Below are positions 1 to 8,718 of a DNA stretch of 64,000 bases, piece after piece. Source of the DNA: Gemmatimonadota bacterium (GTDB lineage: Bacteria > Gemmatimonadota > Gemmatimonadetes > Palauibacterales > Palauibacteraceae); contig OZ220691.1 of NCBI GenBank assembly GCA_965116475.1, positions 2,144,001 through 2,208,000 on the forward strand, read 5' to 3'. The position numbers and the translations under genes are program-made. Numbering within the stretch: position 1 is the first letter of the stretch; each line of letters begins with the position of its first letter. The notes below the pieces were generated by a model. It ran no database searches, was not told where the DNA came from, and saw nothing but the letters and a program-made list of their open reading frames with translations.

Positions 1-241
1 CCTCGATGCACTCCTGCCGTCCGCCCTCGATCTGGGCGACCTGCTCGGGCGTGAGCACCGCCTCGAAGCCCTGCGGCCGCTCGATGGGCGTGATCGTCCC
101 GTTCGTCCAGTTCCCCTGCAGGTCCGGCCGGCCGTCAGGCGTGCGCGGTACGCCCCCCTGGTCCTGCGCCCGCGCGACCGGGATCGACACCGCCGCGACC
201 ACCGCCACCGCGACCGCGGCGCGAATCATCGTTACGTTCAT
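1..241 (-). CDS. Secreted hypothetical protein, N-terminal part (truncated by window edge)
   Basis: Manual translation from ATG 241: MNVTMIRAAVAVAVVAAVSIPVARAQDQGGVPRTPDGRPDLQGNWTN; signal peptide followed by a PRTPDGRPDLQGxW motif. Confidence 0.7.
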   Translation of the reverse strand, partial: MNVTMIRAAVAVAVVAAVSIPVARAQDQGGVPRTPDGRPDLQGNWTNGTITPIERPQGFEAVLTPEQVAQIEGGRQECIE

Positions 242-350
242 AGGAACTTCTCCTGCGGTTCAGCGTCTCACAGCGTCACTTTCTCATCATATGGCTCGTT
301 GAGCGATGGTTCACGGGTTCCGGTGGCGATGTCACCGTTCGGCACCGACA

Positions 351-413
351 TTGTGCTTCCGCTTCGAGGGCGGAGACGCGTACGACGTGGAGATCGTTGA
401 CTACCATCGTTAA
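351..413 (+). pseudogene. higB: C-terminal remnant of a HigB/RelE-like killer toxin
   Basis: LCFRFEGGDAYDVEIVDYHR* matches the typical HigB C-terminus and lies directly upstream of higA; the open frame from ATG 306 is only 35 aa. Confidence 0.75.
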
Positions 414-427
414 GGGGCGACAGGGGA

Positions 428-721
428 ATGGTTGAACTGGATCCGGTACACCCCGGCGAAGTCCTGAAACACGACTTCATGGAGCCGTTCGCGCTGTCGT
501 CCAATGCTCTGGCCAAGGCAATCGGAGTGACTCCCGCACGAATCAACGAGATCGTCCGGGGTCGGCGCGGTATCACGGCGGAGACGGCGCTGCGACTCGC
601 AAAATACTTCGGCACTGATGCCCAGAGTTGGATGAACCTGCAGGATCGGTACGAACTCAGGCTTGCCGAGCGAGCTGTTGCCGATGCGCTGGAAGCCATT
701 CGCCCACGTGAAGTTGCGTAG
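428..721 (+). CDS. higA: HigA family antitoxin (Xre-type HTH)
   Basis: PVHPGEVL...LAKAIGVTPARINEIVRGRRGITAETALRLAKYFGT...WMNLQ..Y. Confidence 0.93.
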   Translation: MVELDPVHPGEVLKHDFMEPFALSSNALAKAIGVTPARINEIVRGRRGITAETALRLAKYFGTDAQSWMNLQDRYELRLAERAVADALEAIRPREVA

Positions 722-750
722 CAACCCTTCGTGAACCCCTGCGTCGCATC

Positions 751-1341
751 ATGACCGACGGCGAGCGCAGTCTCTTCTCGTCCCGCCGGGAGAGGCGCCT
801 GTGGGTGTGGGCGCTGGCGGTGGTCGTGGCGATCTACGCGACGGCCGATCTCGCGCGAACGCTGGCCGACGCCCTGCGCGAGAGCGGGCTGCTCGAACTC
901 ACCCCGACCATGTTCAGCGCCGGCATGCTCCTGATCGGGATCGCGATCCTGGTGCAGGGGCTGAGGGAGCGGTCGCGCGGCGTGGAGGTCGGCTTCGCGC
1001 TGGGCGTCGCGGGGATCGCGGTTATCGGACTCGCCCGCGGGATCGATGCCGCCGAGCGTTCGCATCTCATCGAGTACGCGGTGCTGGCGCTCATCATCCA
1101 CGAGGCCCTGGTGGAACGGAAGGCCCAGGGGTGGCGCGTCCCGGTGCCGGCCGTGCTGGCCATCGCGGCGACGACGGCAGTCGGCGTGGTGGACGAGTGC
1201 ATCCAGTTCTTCGTGCCCAGCCGTACGTTCGACCTGTTCGACATCGGCTTCGACCTGCTCGCGAGCGTGCTCGCGGTCGGCTCCAGCGTCTCCATCCGCT
1301 GGGTCCGCCGCTGGATCGGCAGGTTCCGCCCCCCGCAGTAG
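751..1341 (+). CDS. VanZ-like membrane protein
   Basis: Several TM segments; HLIEYAVL and DECIQFFVPSRTFDLFD motifs. Confidence 0.8.
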   Translation: MTDGERSLFSSRRERRLWVWALAVVVAIYATADLARTLADALRESGLLELTPTMFSAGMLLIGIAILVQGLRERSRGVEVGFALGVAGIAVIGLARGIDAAERSHLIEYAVLALIIHEALVERKAQGWRVPVPAVLAIAATTAVGVVDECIQFFVPSRTFDLFDIGFDLLASVLAVGSSVSIRWVRRWIGRFRPPQ

Positions 1342-1387
1342 TCACTGCGGTTGCCCGGATCCGCAGCCGTCCCCGGGGCGTCGTCGA

Positions 1388-1801
1388 TCAGAATCTCGCG
1401 TCCACTGTCCGGACGTGTCCGGCCGCCCCGTAATCCAGCATCGCCCGGTCGGCCGTCATCAGCTGAGCCCCATGGTGGCGAGCGGTTGCTACGATCAGCC
1501 GGTCGGCAGGGTCACGCGTTAAGGTGCCCGGCAAGCGTACGCTCGCCACCGCGATCGCAGGTTCGATGGGCAGGAGCCGGAAGCCCGGCAGGTCCAGGAC
1601 GGCTTCGATCCACTCCACGACATCGCGGTCCAGACGCAACCGTCCCCGTTCGGCCAGGAGGGCGATCTCCCACGGGCTGATGGCGGACACGCCGACGAGC
1701 ATGGCTCGCCCATCGGCTTCGAGGGTGCGTGCCGCGGCGGAACCCAGTCTCGGATCCTCGTGGATGGCCCAGATCAGCACGTGAGTGTCGAGGACGATCA
1801 C
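1388..1801 (-). CDS. vapC: PIN-domain VapC toxin
   Basis: IVLDTHVLIW...SAISPWEI...DPADRLIVATA...LMTAD; GTG start overlaps the antitoxin stop (GTGA). Confidence 0.92.
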   Translation of the reverse strand: MIVLDTHVLIWAIHEDPRLGSAAARTLEADGRAMLVGVSAISPWEIALLAERGRLRLDRDVVEWIEAVLDLPGFRLLPIEPAIAVASVRLPGTLTRDPADRLIVATARHHGAQLMTADRAMLDYGAAGHVRTVDARF

Positions 1802-2043
1802 CGCGCGGCATCCCATTCCTCCGGGTCGGCGGCCGGCGCAAACGGGTCATCGTACCCCAGCACGGAGCCCTTCAGCGCCCCAACGATCCGCGAGGTTCCA
1901 TCGTCGGGCGGGGGCACGGGCGACAGCAGTGCCACCGGCCGGCCGTGTTTCGTGATTGTGATCGGCTTCCGTTCCTCTCTCACCTGCGCGATGAGCTGCG
2001 CACACGTCTTGCGGAAAGCTGCGACGCCAACGGTCTTCCCCAT
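1798..2043 (-). CDS. Phd/YefM family antitoxin
   Basis: AAFRKTCAQLIAQV...ITITKHGRPVALL; coupled to vapC. Confidence 0.9.
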   Translation of the reverse strand: MGKTVGVAAFRKTCAQLIAQVREERKPITITKHGRPVALLSPVPPPDDGTSRIVGALKGSVLGYDDPFAPAADPEEWDAAR

Positions 2044-2077
2044 TTCCAAGCCCCGAGTCCGAGTCCCATATTTTCAA

Positions 2078-2102
2078 GTATGTACATAACTAGTGTACAT
2101 AC
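2078..2102. promoter_or_regulatory. Operator palindrome of the Phd-VapC module
   Basis: GTATGTACA-N7-TGTACATAC, perfect 9-bp inverted repeat in AT-rich DNA upstream of the antitoxin. Confidence 0.75.
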
Positions 2103-2247
2103 ATTCAGGAGGCAAACCACAAGACCAATCTCCACGGGGGGTCTCGAAGGCCCCGCCACAAACGTTCTTTGGGGGAGACTCTCAACCAACTCTCAAGGAG
2201 ACCCGGGGGGGGCCGAACTGATGCGGCCGAGCACTGAACCTGGTGCC

Positions 2248-3450
2248 ATGAACCACGATTCCCGGATCCTCGTCGCGTTCTCGGCGGTCATCCTCGCGAC
2301 CGCGCTGATCGCCTGTGCACCGGAGCCGACTCTCCGAGGTGAGATCGACCTGACGATCGGGACCACCGATGGTGAGCCCGAATACCAGTTCCAGTCTGTC
2401 TCGGCGCTCACCCGGGACGCCGACGGCAGGATCTTTGTGGGTGATCGGCTCAAGGAGAACGTGCGGGTATACGACCCGGACGGGCGGTATCTGTTTCACC
2501 TCTTGCGTCCCGGTCGCGGTGGCGGGTCCACGTACCTGCGACCCAGTGGACTTCTGTTCGACCGCGATGGTCTCCTCTGGGTCAACGACATCGGTTCGTA
2601 CAGGGTATTCGACATCCTCGAGAACCGGGCGAATCAGGTGAGGGAGATCCCGCCACCCCGCGAGAGACGGGAGCTCCGGTCAAGACGGGGCACGCTTCTC
2701 GCGTCGGTGGCGGGGACCACGACTTCCGGAAACCCGATGTTCGCGGGCCCCACCGGCTTGATGCTGGCGACGGACAGTGCATCCGCCGACGAGCGCGATA
2801 ACCTGATCTGGCACCGGCAGCTCGTGACCGTGGGACCGGACGGCGATGTCCGCACGCGGGTCACGCTTCCCGAGCCGGATACCGCTGAAGCGAACTGGCG
2901 GGGTCTGGTCTACCGGGATCCGGACTCCGGGCTCAGGGAGAGCAAGGTTCAACCGCCCTTCGCCAGGCAGCAGATCCGGGCCCACGCGCCCGATGGTCGA
3001 TCCGCCTACGTCTACACCGGCGAATACCGGGTCCGGTTGTTCACGGAGGACGGTGACGAGTGGCGCGAGATCCGCCGGGATATCGCGGGCCCTCTGGTGA
3101 CCGAAGCCGAAGCCGAGCGCGAGCGCGAGCGGCTGGAGCGCATGAGGGCCGGCTTGGGAGAGAGACTCGTGGATTTTCCCGCCATCGAAGTGCCGGAGCG
3201 GAAGCCGCCGGTCGGGGACATGTGGTACGACGAGGACGGCCGGCTGTGGGTGCGCCTCGCCTGGGCGGAGGCGGACCCGTTCTTCAGGGCGCACGTCTAC
3301 GACCCGGAGGGAGAGCCGCTCTTCACCGCCGAGTGGCCGCAGGGAATCGATCTCTCCCTGGGCGGGGTGCGCGGGAACGTGGCGCTGGGCGTCCAGTGGA
3401 TGGACCGAGTAACCCCGCGTGTGGTACGGCTCCGTTTCTCCCCACCGTAG
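2248..3450 (+). CDS. Beta-propeller (6-bladed/NHL-like) lipoprotein
   Basis: Lipobox LIAC; repeats DADGRIFVGD, DRDGLLWVND, DEDGRLWV. Confidence 0.75.
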   Translation: MNHDSRILVAFSAVILATALIACAPEPTLRGEIDLTIGTTDGEPEYQFQSVSALTRDADGRIFVGDRLKENVRVYDPDGRYLFHLLRPGRGGGSTYLRPSGLLFDRDGLLWVNDIGSYRVFDILENRANQVREIPPPRERRELRSRRGTLLASVAGTTTSGNPMFAGPTGLMLATDSASADERDNLIWHRQLVTVGPDGDVRTRVTLPEPDTAEANWRGLVYRDPDSGLRESKVQPPFARQQIRAHAPDGRSAYVYTGEYRVRLFTEDGDEWREIRRDIAGPLVTEAEAERERERLERMRAGLGERLVDFPAIEVPERKPPVGDMWYDEDGRLWVRLAWAEADPFFRAHVYDPEGEPLFTAEWPQGIDLSLGGVRGNVALGVQWMDRVTPRVVRLRFSPP

Positions 3451-3603
3451 GCACAGAGCGTCCACTTTCCGCGTGGGGGGGCTCTTCGCGGGACGCCGCC
3501 AACGACGCCGCGCTTCTGATCGACCTCCTCCGGGCTCGGTGTGCCGAACGCGTCTCAGTCGTTACGATGCCTGTCTGCGGTCGACTCGAATCAGGAGGTT
3601 CTC

Positions 3604-4896
3604 ATGCAGGTGCAGAGCATGATTCGCGCGCACCGTGGTGCGCTTTGGGCCGGAGTTCTTGCGGTTTCCGCGGTGGTCGCGCTTCCAGGCGTGGTGGCCG
3701 CTCAGTACCTGCCGGCGCGGGGGGACGCGTGGGAGACGCGCGCCCCGGAGCAGGTGGGGATGAGCGCGGCGGGCGTGCAGGCGGCCGTCGAGTACGCGCT
3801 CGAGCATGAGACGAGCCAGGCGCGCGACCGGGAGTTCCAGCACAGCCGGAGCTTCGGGCGCGAGCCACTCGGGGAGGGGATCGGACCCTTCAACGTGCGC
3901 GGCGGGCCGGCCGGGATGATCGTGCGGCACGGCTACATCGTCGCGGAGTGGGGGGACACGAAGCGCGTCGACATGACGTACAGCGTGACCAAGTCCTTCC
4001 TCTCGACGTCGGTGGGACTCGCGTGGGACGAGGGGCTCATCGGCTCGCTCGATGACACCGTGCGCGAGTACATGGCCCCGATCGACGTGCCGCCGGGCGA
4101 CGGAGAGCCCGGCGTCGACCGCATCGGCTTCGGCAAGCCCGACCCGACGACGATGTTCGAGTCCGAGCACAACCGCACGATCACGTGGGACGACCTCCTG
4201 CGGCAGACGTCCGACTGGGAAGGCACGCTGTGGGGCAAGCCGGACTGGGCCGACCGTCCGAGCGGCGACCCGGACACCTGGATGACACGCGACCGCCACC
4301 CGTCCGGCACCGTGTACGAGTACAACGACACGCGGGTGAACCTGCTCGCGCTCGCCGCGATGAGCGTCCTGCGGCGTCCCCTGCCCGAGGTCCTGCACGA
4401 GCGCGTGATGGGGCCGATCGGCGCCTCCCCGACGTGGCGCTGGAACGGCTACGAGAACTCCTGGGTCACGATCGACGGGCGTCGCGTGCAGTCGGTGAGC
4501 GGTGGTGGCCACTGGGGCGGCGGCATGTTCATCAGCGCCCGCGACCAGGCGCGCTTCGGCCTGTTCACGCTGTGGCGCGGAACGTGGGGAGACCGACAGC
4601 TCCTGTCCGAGGAATGGTTCGACCTCGCGACGACGCCGGGCCCGGCGAACGGTTCCTACGGGTTCATGAATTTCATGCTCAACGTCCCGGACGCCGAGGG
4701 GAACAAGCGCTATCCGAGCGCGCCCGCGGAGGCGTGGGCCCACCTCGGCAACGGCACGAACATGATCTACTGCGACCCGGTGAACGATCTCGTCGTGGTG
4801 GCGCGCTGGATCCCCGGCGGCGCGATCGACGGCCTGCTCGACCTCGTCATCGACTCGATCGACGACACGGCCGCCACCTCACCCGGATCGCGCTGA
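3604..4896 (+). CDS. Secreted serine hydrolase, beta-lactamase class C/AmpC-like fold
   Basis: SxxK (SVTK), YxY(N)D motif, signal peptide, AGGAGG RBS. Confidence 0.88.
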   Translation: MQVQSMIRAHRGALWAGVLAVSAVVALPGVVAAQYLPARGDAWETRAPEQVGMSAAGVQAAVEYALEHETSQARDREFQHSRSFGREPLGEGIGPFNVRGGPAGMIVRHGYIVAEWGDTKRVDMTYSVTKSFLSTSVGLAWDEGLIGSLDDTVREYMAPIDVPPGDGEPGVDRIGFGKPDPTTMFESEHNRTITWDDLLRQTSDWEGTLWGKPDWADRPSGDPDTWMTRDRHPSGTVYEYNDTRVNLLALAAMSVLRRPLPEVLHERVMGPIGASPTWRWNGYENSWVTIDGRRVQSVSGGGHWGGGMFISARDQARFGLFTLWRGTWGDRQLLSEEWFDLATTPGPANGSYGFMNFMLNVPDAEGNKRYPSAPAEAWAHLGNGTNMIYCDPVNDLVVVARWIPGGAIDGLLDLVIDSIDDTAATSPGSR

Positions 4897-4999
4897 ACCG
4901 AATCGGGATCGGCCCCCTGCGACAGGTAGACGCTGGGGGCCGATCCGATTAGATTGCCTGTACGGCGCGTCGCCTCTTTCGGCGGCGCGTTTCGTGTCT

Positions 5000-5074
5000 G
5001 CGCCCGTAGCTCAGCCTGGATAGAGCGCTTGCCTCCGGAGCAAGAGGTCACAGGTTCGAATCCTGTCGGGCGCA
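5000..5074 (+). tRNA. tRNA-Arg(CCG)
   Basis: Cloverleaf GCGCCCG/CGGGCGC; anticodon arm CTTGC-CT CCG GA-GCAAG; GTTCGAATC T-loop; CCA not encoded. Confidence 0.96.
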
Positions 5075-5142
5075 CTCGGTCCGGCGGAGCAGAACGCACC
5101 GGGCCGTGAAGCGGCTCCGGACCCGAAGGTTCAGGGGCGCAG

Positions 5143-5228
5143 GCTCGGGTGGCGGAACTGGCAGACGCGCAGGATTCAGGATCCTGTGGGATTAAACTCC
5201 CGTGGGGGTTCGACTCCCCCCCCGAGCA
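5143..5228 (+). tRNA. tRNA-Leu(CAG)
   Basis: GCTCGGG/CCCGAGC acceptor; CAGGA-TT CAG GA-TCCTG; long variable arm. Confidence 0.96.
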
Positions 5229-5234
5229 TCACCG

Positions 5235-5320
5235 GCCCAGGTGGCGGAACTGGCAGACGCGCTAGCTTGAGGGGCTAGTGTCCTTTTACGGACGTGGAGG
5301 TTCGAATCCTCTCCTGGGCA
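5235..5320 (+). tRNA. tRNA-Leu(GAG)
   Basis: GCCCAGG/CCTGGGC acceptor; CTAGC-TT GAG GG-GCTAG; long variable arm. Confidence 0.96.
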
Positions 5321-5361
5321 TGAAGACGTACGACATCGCCGGTCGGGACGGCCGGCTCCGA

Positions 5362-5435
5362 GCGCCCGTAGCTCAACTGGATAGAGCACCTGACTACGGA
5401 TCAGGAGGTTGGGGATTCGAATTCTCCCGGGCGCA
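5362..5435 (+). tRNA. tRNA-Arg(ACG)
   Basis: GCGCCCG/CGGGCGC acceptor; CCTGA-CT ACG GA-TCAGG. Confidence 0.95.
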
Positions 5436-5525
5436 TGCTTTCCTTCCTTCGGAAGTCAAACCTGCGCCCGCGAGAATTCGCGCGCTTCGTGGCTTCGCCC
5501 CTTCGCTGACCAAATTCTCCCGGGC
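5418..5525. repeat. Inverted and direct copies of the tRNA-Arg(ACG) 3' end
   Basis: 5463-5480 is the reverse complement (17/18) of 5418-5435; 5513-5525 is a direct 13-bp copy of 5420-5432. Confidence 0.7.
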
Positions 5526-5672
5526 ACTGCCTTCTCCTGGCACAAGTGACGGGTTGGCTCGTCGGCGGCTCGCGGGGGCTTCGCCCGCTCGCCGGGTCAG
5601 ATGCAACCAGGCGACCAGGCTGTGGGCGATCGACCCGCTTCAACGCTCTCCTCAAGGACGGAGTACGATGGC

Positions 5673-6143
5673 ATGCGCGTGAGATCGGCTGAGAAACGAG
5701 ATGTGGATGGGTTGCTGGAACTCATGCGGGGGCTGGCGCGGTTCGAGGAGTACATCGATGACTTCGCGGTGACGCGGGAGAGCGTGCTCGAGCATGGGTT
5801 CGGGGACGCGCGGCTCTTCACCGCGTTTGTGGCCGAGCGGGACGATGACCTCGTCGGGATGGCGGTCGTCTACACGATTCCGTGGACCTATACGCTGCGG
5901 CCGAAGGTCGTGCTCAAGGAGTTGTTCGTTGAGAAGGCGGCACGGAACGGCGGGGCGGGGAAGGCGTTGATGGCGGCGGTGATTTCGCACGCCGAGTCCA
6001 TCGACGCGGCCGAATTGATCTGGACCGTCATGGACGGGAACCGCGAGGCCGAGGGCTTCTACCGATCCCTGGGCGCCTCGCCGGACCTCAAGTGGAACAA
6101 CTGGTCCCTGAGGCTCCCCGCGAAGGGGTCACTCGCCCGCTGA
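5673..6143 (+). CDS. GNAT N-acetyltransferase (diamine acetyltransferase-like)
   Basis: LARFEEY...LKELFV...ARNGGAGKALM...N..A..FY.SLG. Confidence 0.88.
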   Translation: MRVRSAEKRDVDGLLELMRGLARFEEYIDDFAVTRESVLEHGFGDARLFTAFVAERDDDLVGMAVVYTIPWTYTLRPKVVLKELFVEKAARNGGAGKALMAAVISHAESIDAAELIWTVMDGNREAEGFYRSLGASPDLKWNNWSLRLPAKGSLAR

Positions 6144-6152
6144 CGATGCCAA

Positions 6153-6187
6153 GTACTAACGATGTACTAATTCGTGACAAATTAGTA
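6153..6187. promoter_or_regulatory. Orphan AT-rich operator-like palindrome
   Basis: TACTAATT-N7-AATTAGTA plus an extra GTACTAA half-site, between two convergent stop codons. Confidence 0.5.
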
Positions 6188-6207
6188 TTTGGCTCGCGCG
6201 ACAGCCG

Positions 6208-7818
6208 TCAGGGTATGCCTGAAGTCCGGGCCGGGGGGCGGCAGTCGGGCCACTGGGTGCCGGGGGGCATGGTGCGCCGGTCGCGGGGCATGCGGTCCGG
6301 GTCCTCGGAGGCGAGGTAGGCGAACATCGCGGTCATCACGGCGTCGTCGCGCAGGTCCTCGAAGACGATCTTGTCGAAGGTGTCGCGGTTGGTATGCCAG
6401 GTGTAGGTGCTCGTGTCCCAGCGGTTGTCGGCGATGTTCATCTCGCTGCGGCCGGCGCCCACGTGGAAGCTGAAGGCCGGCACCCCCGCGCACAGGAAGG
6501 AGGCGTGGTCCGTGCCGCCGGATTCGGGCATCCCCGGGACCTCAAGGGTGACGAGGTCGGACAGCTCGCTCGGGATCTGCGCGAGCCACTCGCCGAAGCG
6601 CCCCGCGGCGCCGGCGAAGCCCTGCATGGGGATGAAGGTGACCGGGCCGTTCCCGTGATCGACGTTGAACACGGTGTGGGTGCGCTCGAGGATCTCGGGA
6701 TGGTCCTCGACGAAGGCGCGTGACCCGTTCAGGCCCTGCTCCTCGCCGTTCCAGAGGGCGCCGACGATCGTGCGGCGGGGGTTCGGGACGGCGTGTTTGA
6801 GGATGCGCATCGCCTCCATGATCGCGACGGCGCCCGTCCCGTTGTCGAGCGCGCCGTCGGAGCCGTCCCAGGAATCGAAGTGGCCTCCGAGGATCACGTA
6901 CTCCTCGGGTTCGGCGCTGCCGGGGATCACGGCGAACGCGTTGGAGACCGGTACCTCTCCCAGGAAACGGGCCTGTGCGTCGACGCGCAGCACCGGCCCC
7001 TGATCGTTCTCGGCCAGCCGGTACAGGAGGCCGTACGCTTCGCAGCTCAGGTCCAGGACCGGCGCCCGCTCCGCGCGGGTGCCGAAGATCTTGGTGACGC
7101 CCCAGCCCGCGGACCACTGCGAGCGGATGATGCCGGCGGGTTCGGCCGCGCTCAGCGCTTCCGGCAGCGAGCGCGCGTCGAACCCCGTGTTCCCGACGCG
7201 CTCGTCCCATTCCGCGCTGGCGCGCTCGCGCTCCGCCGCCATGCGGGTTGTCGTCTCGGGCCGCGCGAACCACTCGAGGTTGTCGGGCGCGCGGCAACTC
7301 GGCTCCGGGCGCGAGACGAGCACGAACTTGCCGCGCATCTCCGACAGCGCTGCCTCGAAGGCGCCGGGGCTGGCCGCGTCCGGCAGGATCACCACCTCCG
7401 CCTCGACGGGGCCGTCCGTGGCCGGGCTCCACGCGGCCGCCATGCCCTCGAGCGTGCGCACGCGCGGCGCGATGAGATCGATGTGGGTGATCCCGCGCTC
7501 CCAGCCGCGCCAAGTGCCGTACTGCTCCTTGTACGCCTCGATGCCCCACTCCGCGTACTTTGCGAGCGCCCAGTCGTTGGCGCCGGCCATCGCGGGCGAG
7601 CCGGTGAGCCGCGGCCCGATCGAGTCCATCATCACCTGGCCGAGTTCGTAGACCTGCGAGCGCTCGACCCCCTCCTCCCAGATCACCCGGATGACGGGGT
7701 CGTCGGACGGAAACGACTGAGCGGCCGCGGCTTGGGTTGCGCCCGGCATCAGTGAAGCCGTCAGGGTGGAGAGGCATGCCAGCGAACAGGCGAGTCCGAG
7801 ACGAACCGTGCGCTTCAT
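6208..7818 (-). CDS. M20/M25/M28 family metallopeptidase (carboxypeptidase Q-like), secreted
   Basis: GGHFDSW, GALDNGTG, GEEQGL, GTDH, WHTNRDTFD; signal peptide. Confidence 0.92.
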   Translation of the reverse strand: MKRTVRLGLACSLACLSTLTASLMPGATQAAAAQSFPSDDPVIRVIWEEGVERSQVYELGQVMMDSIGPRLTGSPAMAGANDWALAKYAEWGIEAYKEQYGTWRGWERGITHIDLIAPRVRTLEGMAAAWSPATDGPVEAEVVILPDAASPGAFEAALSEMRGKFVLVSRPEPSCRAPDNLEWFARPETTTRMAAERERASAEWDERVGNTGFDARSLPEALSAAEPAGIIRSQWSAGWGVTKIFGTRAERAPVLDLSCEAYGLLYRLAENDQGPVLRVDAQARFLGEVPVSNAFAVIPGSAEPEEYVILGGHFDSWDGSDGALDNGTGAVAIMEAMRILKHAVPNPRRTIVGALWNGEEQGLNGSRAFVEDHPEILERTHTVFNVDHGNGPVTFIPMQGFAGAAGRFGEWLAQIPSELSDLVTLEVPGMPESGGTDHASFLCAGVPAFSFHVGAGRSEMNIADNRWDTSTYTWHTNRDTFDKIVFEDLRDDAVMTAMFAYLASEDPDRMPRDRRTMPPGTQWPDCRPPARTSGIP

Positions 7819-7943
7819 GGGTCGCTCCGTGAGAAGATGGAACCTGCTCGAAGGTAGGTGTGCCCAGGTGCGTTGCGAATCCCCGTCCCCGCCGGGACTA
7901 TGTGGGTCCGGTAGTCACCCTGGCCTCGAACCCCGGTCTCCTC

Positions 7944-8708
7944 ATGCGTCTTGAAGGGAAGCGTGCTCTCGTCACTGGCGGCTCGCGGAGCATCGGTCGG
8001 GCGATCGCGCTCGGACTGGCGCGCGAGGGTGCGGATGTGGCGGTCAACTACCGGGGGAGTCGTGAGGACGCGGAGAGCGCGGTCGGTGAGATCGAGACGA
8101 TGGGCCGGCGCGCGGTCGCGGTGCAGGGTTCCACGGACTCCCGTTCGGACGTCGAGCGTTTCGTCGCGGAGGCGCGCGACTTCCTGGGCGGCCTCGACAT
8201 CCTCGTGAACAACGCGGGGATCCTGAAGCGGACGCCCTTCCTCGAGATCGATGAGGGAGAGTGGGACGCCATTCAGGGCGTCAACCTGAAGGGATATTTC
8301 CTGGTCGGGCAGGCCGTCGCACGCCGCATGGTCGAGGCCGGGACGGCGGGTGCGATCGTCAACGTGTCGTCCGCCGGGCAGGCGGTGGCCGCGCCGAACC
8401 TCACGCACTACTGCGTGTCGAAGGCGGGGGTCGAGATGCTCACGAAGCAGATGGCGCTCGAACTCGCGCCCCACGGGATCCGGGTGAACGCCATCGCGCC
8501 GGGGCTGATCGAGACCGACCTGAACCGCGCCGACATCGCGCGGGCCGACTTCCGCGAGGGGCGTCTCGCCCGCATCCCGCTGCGGAAGATCGGTGCGCCC
8601 GACGACGTGGTGGGAGCCGTCGTGTACCTCGCGTCGAACGACGAGGCGAGCCTCGTGACGGGCGCCTCCCTGTTCATCGACGGCGGCCAGACGATCTGGG
8701 GCGCCTGA
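7944..8708 (+). CDS. Short-chain dehydrogenase/reductase
   Basis: TGGSRSIG, NNAG, YCVSK. Confidence 0.93.
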   Translation: MRLEGKRALVTGGSRSIGRAIALGLAREGADVAVNYRGSREDAESAVGEIETMGRRAVAVQGSTDSRSDVERFVAEARDFLGGLDILVNNAGILKRTPFLEIDEGEWDAIQGVNLKGYFLVGQAVARRMVEAGTAGAIVNVSSAGQAVAAPNLTHYCVSKAGVEMLTKQMALELAPHGIRVNAIAPGLIETDLNRADIARADFREGRLARIPLRKIGAPDDVVGAVVYLASNDEASLVTGASLFIDGGQTIWGA

Positions 8709-8718
8709 CCGGTCCGTG

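Noticed and set aside
1342..2247. Flanking duplication for the first Phd-VapC module
   Set aside because: No copy of the vanZ-like gene end was found on the far side, so this module does not fit the cassette pattern.
3604..4896. Beta-lactam resistance genes (three SxxK hydrolases, the MBL protein, BlaI/BlaR)
   Set aside because: Motifs indicate generic serine hydrolases, a glyoxalase II-like protein and an M56 without a penicillin-binding domain.
5000..5600. Integrative element at the tRNA cluster
   Set aside because: No integrase and no distant att copy seen; only local repeats.
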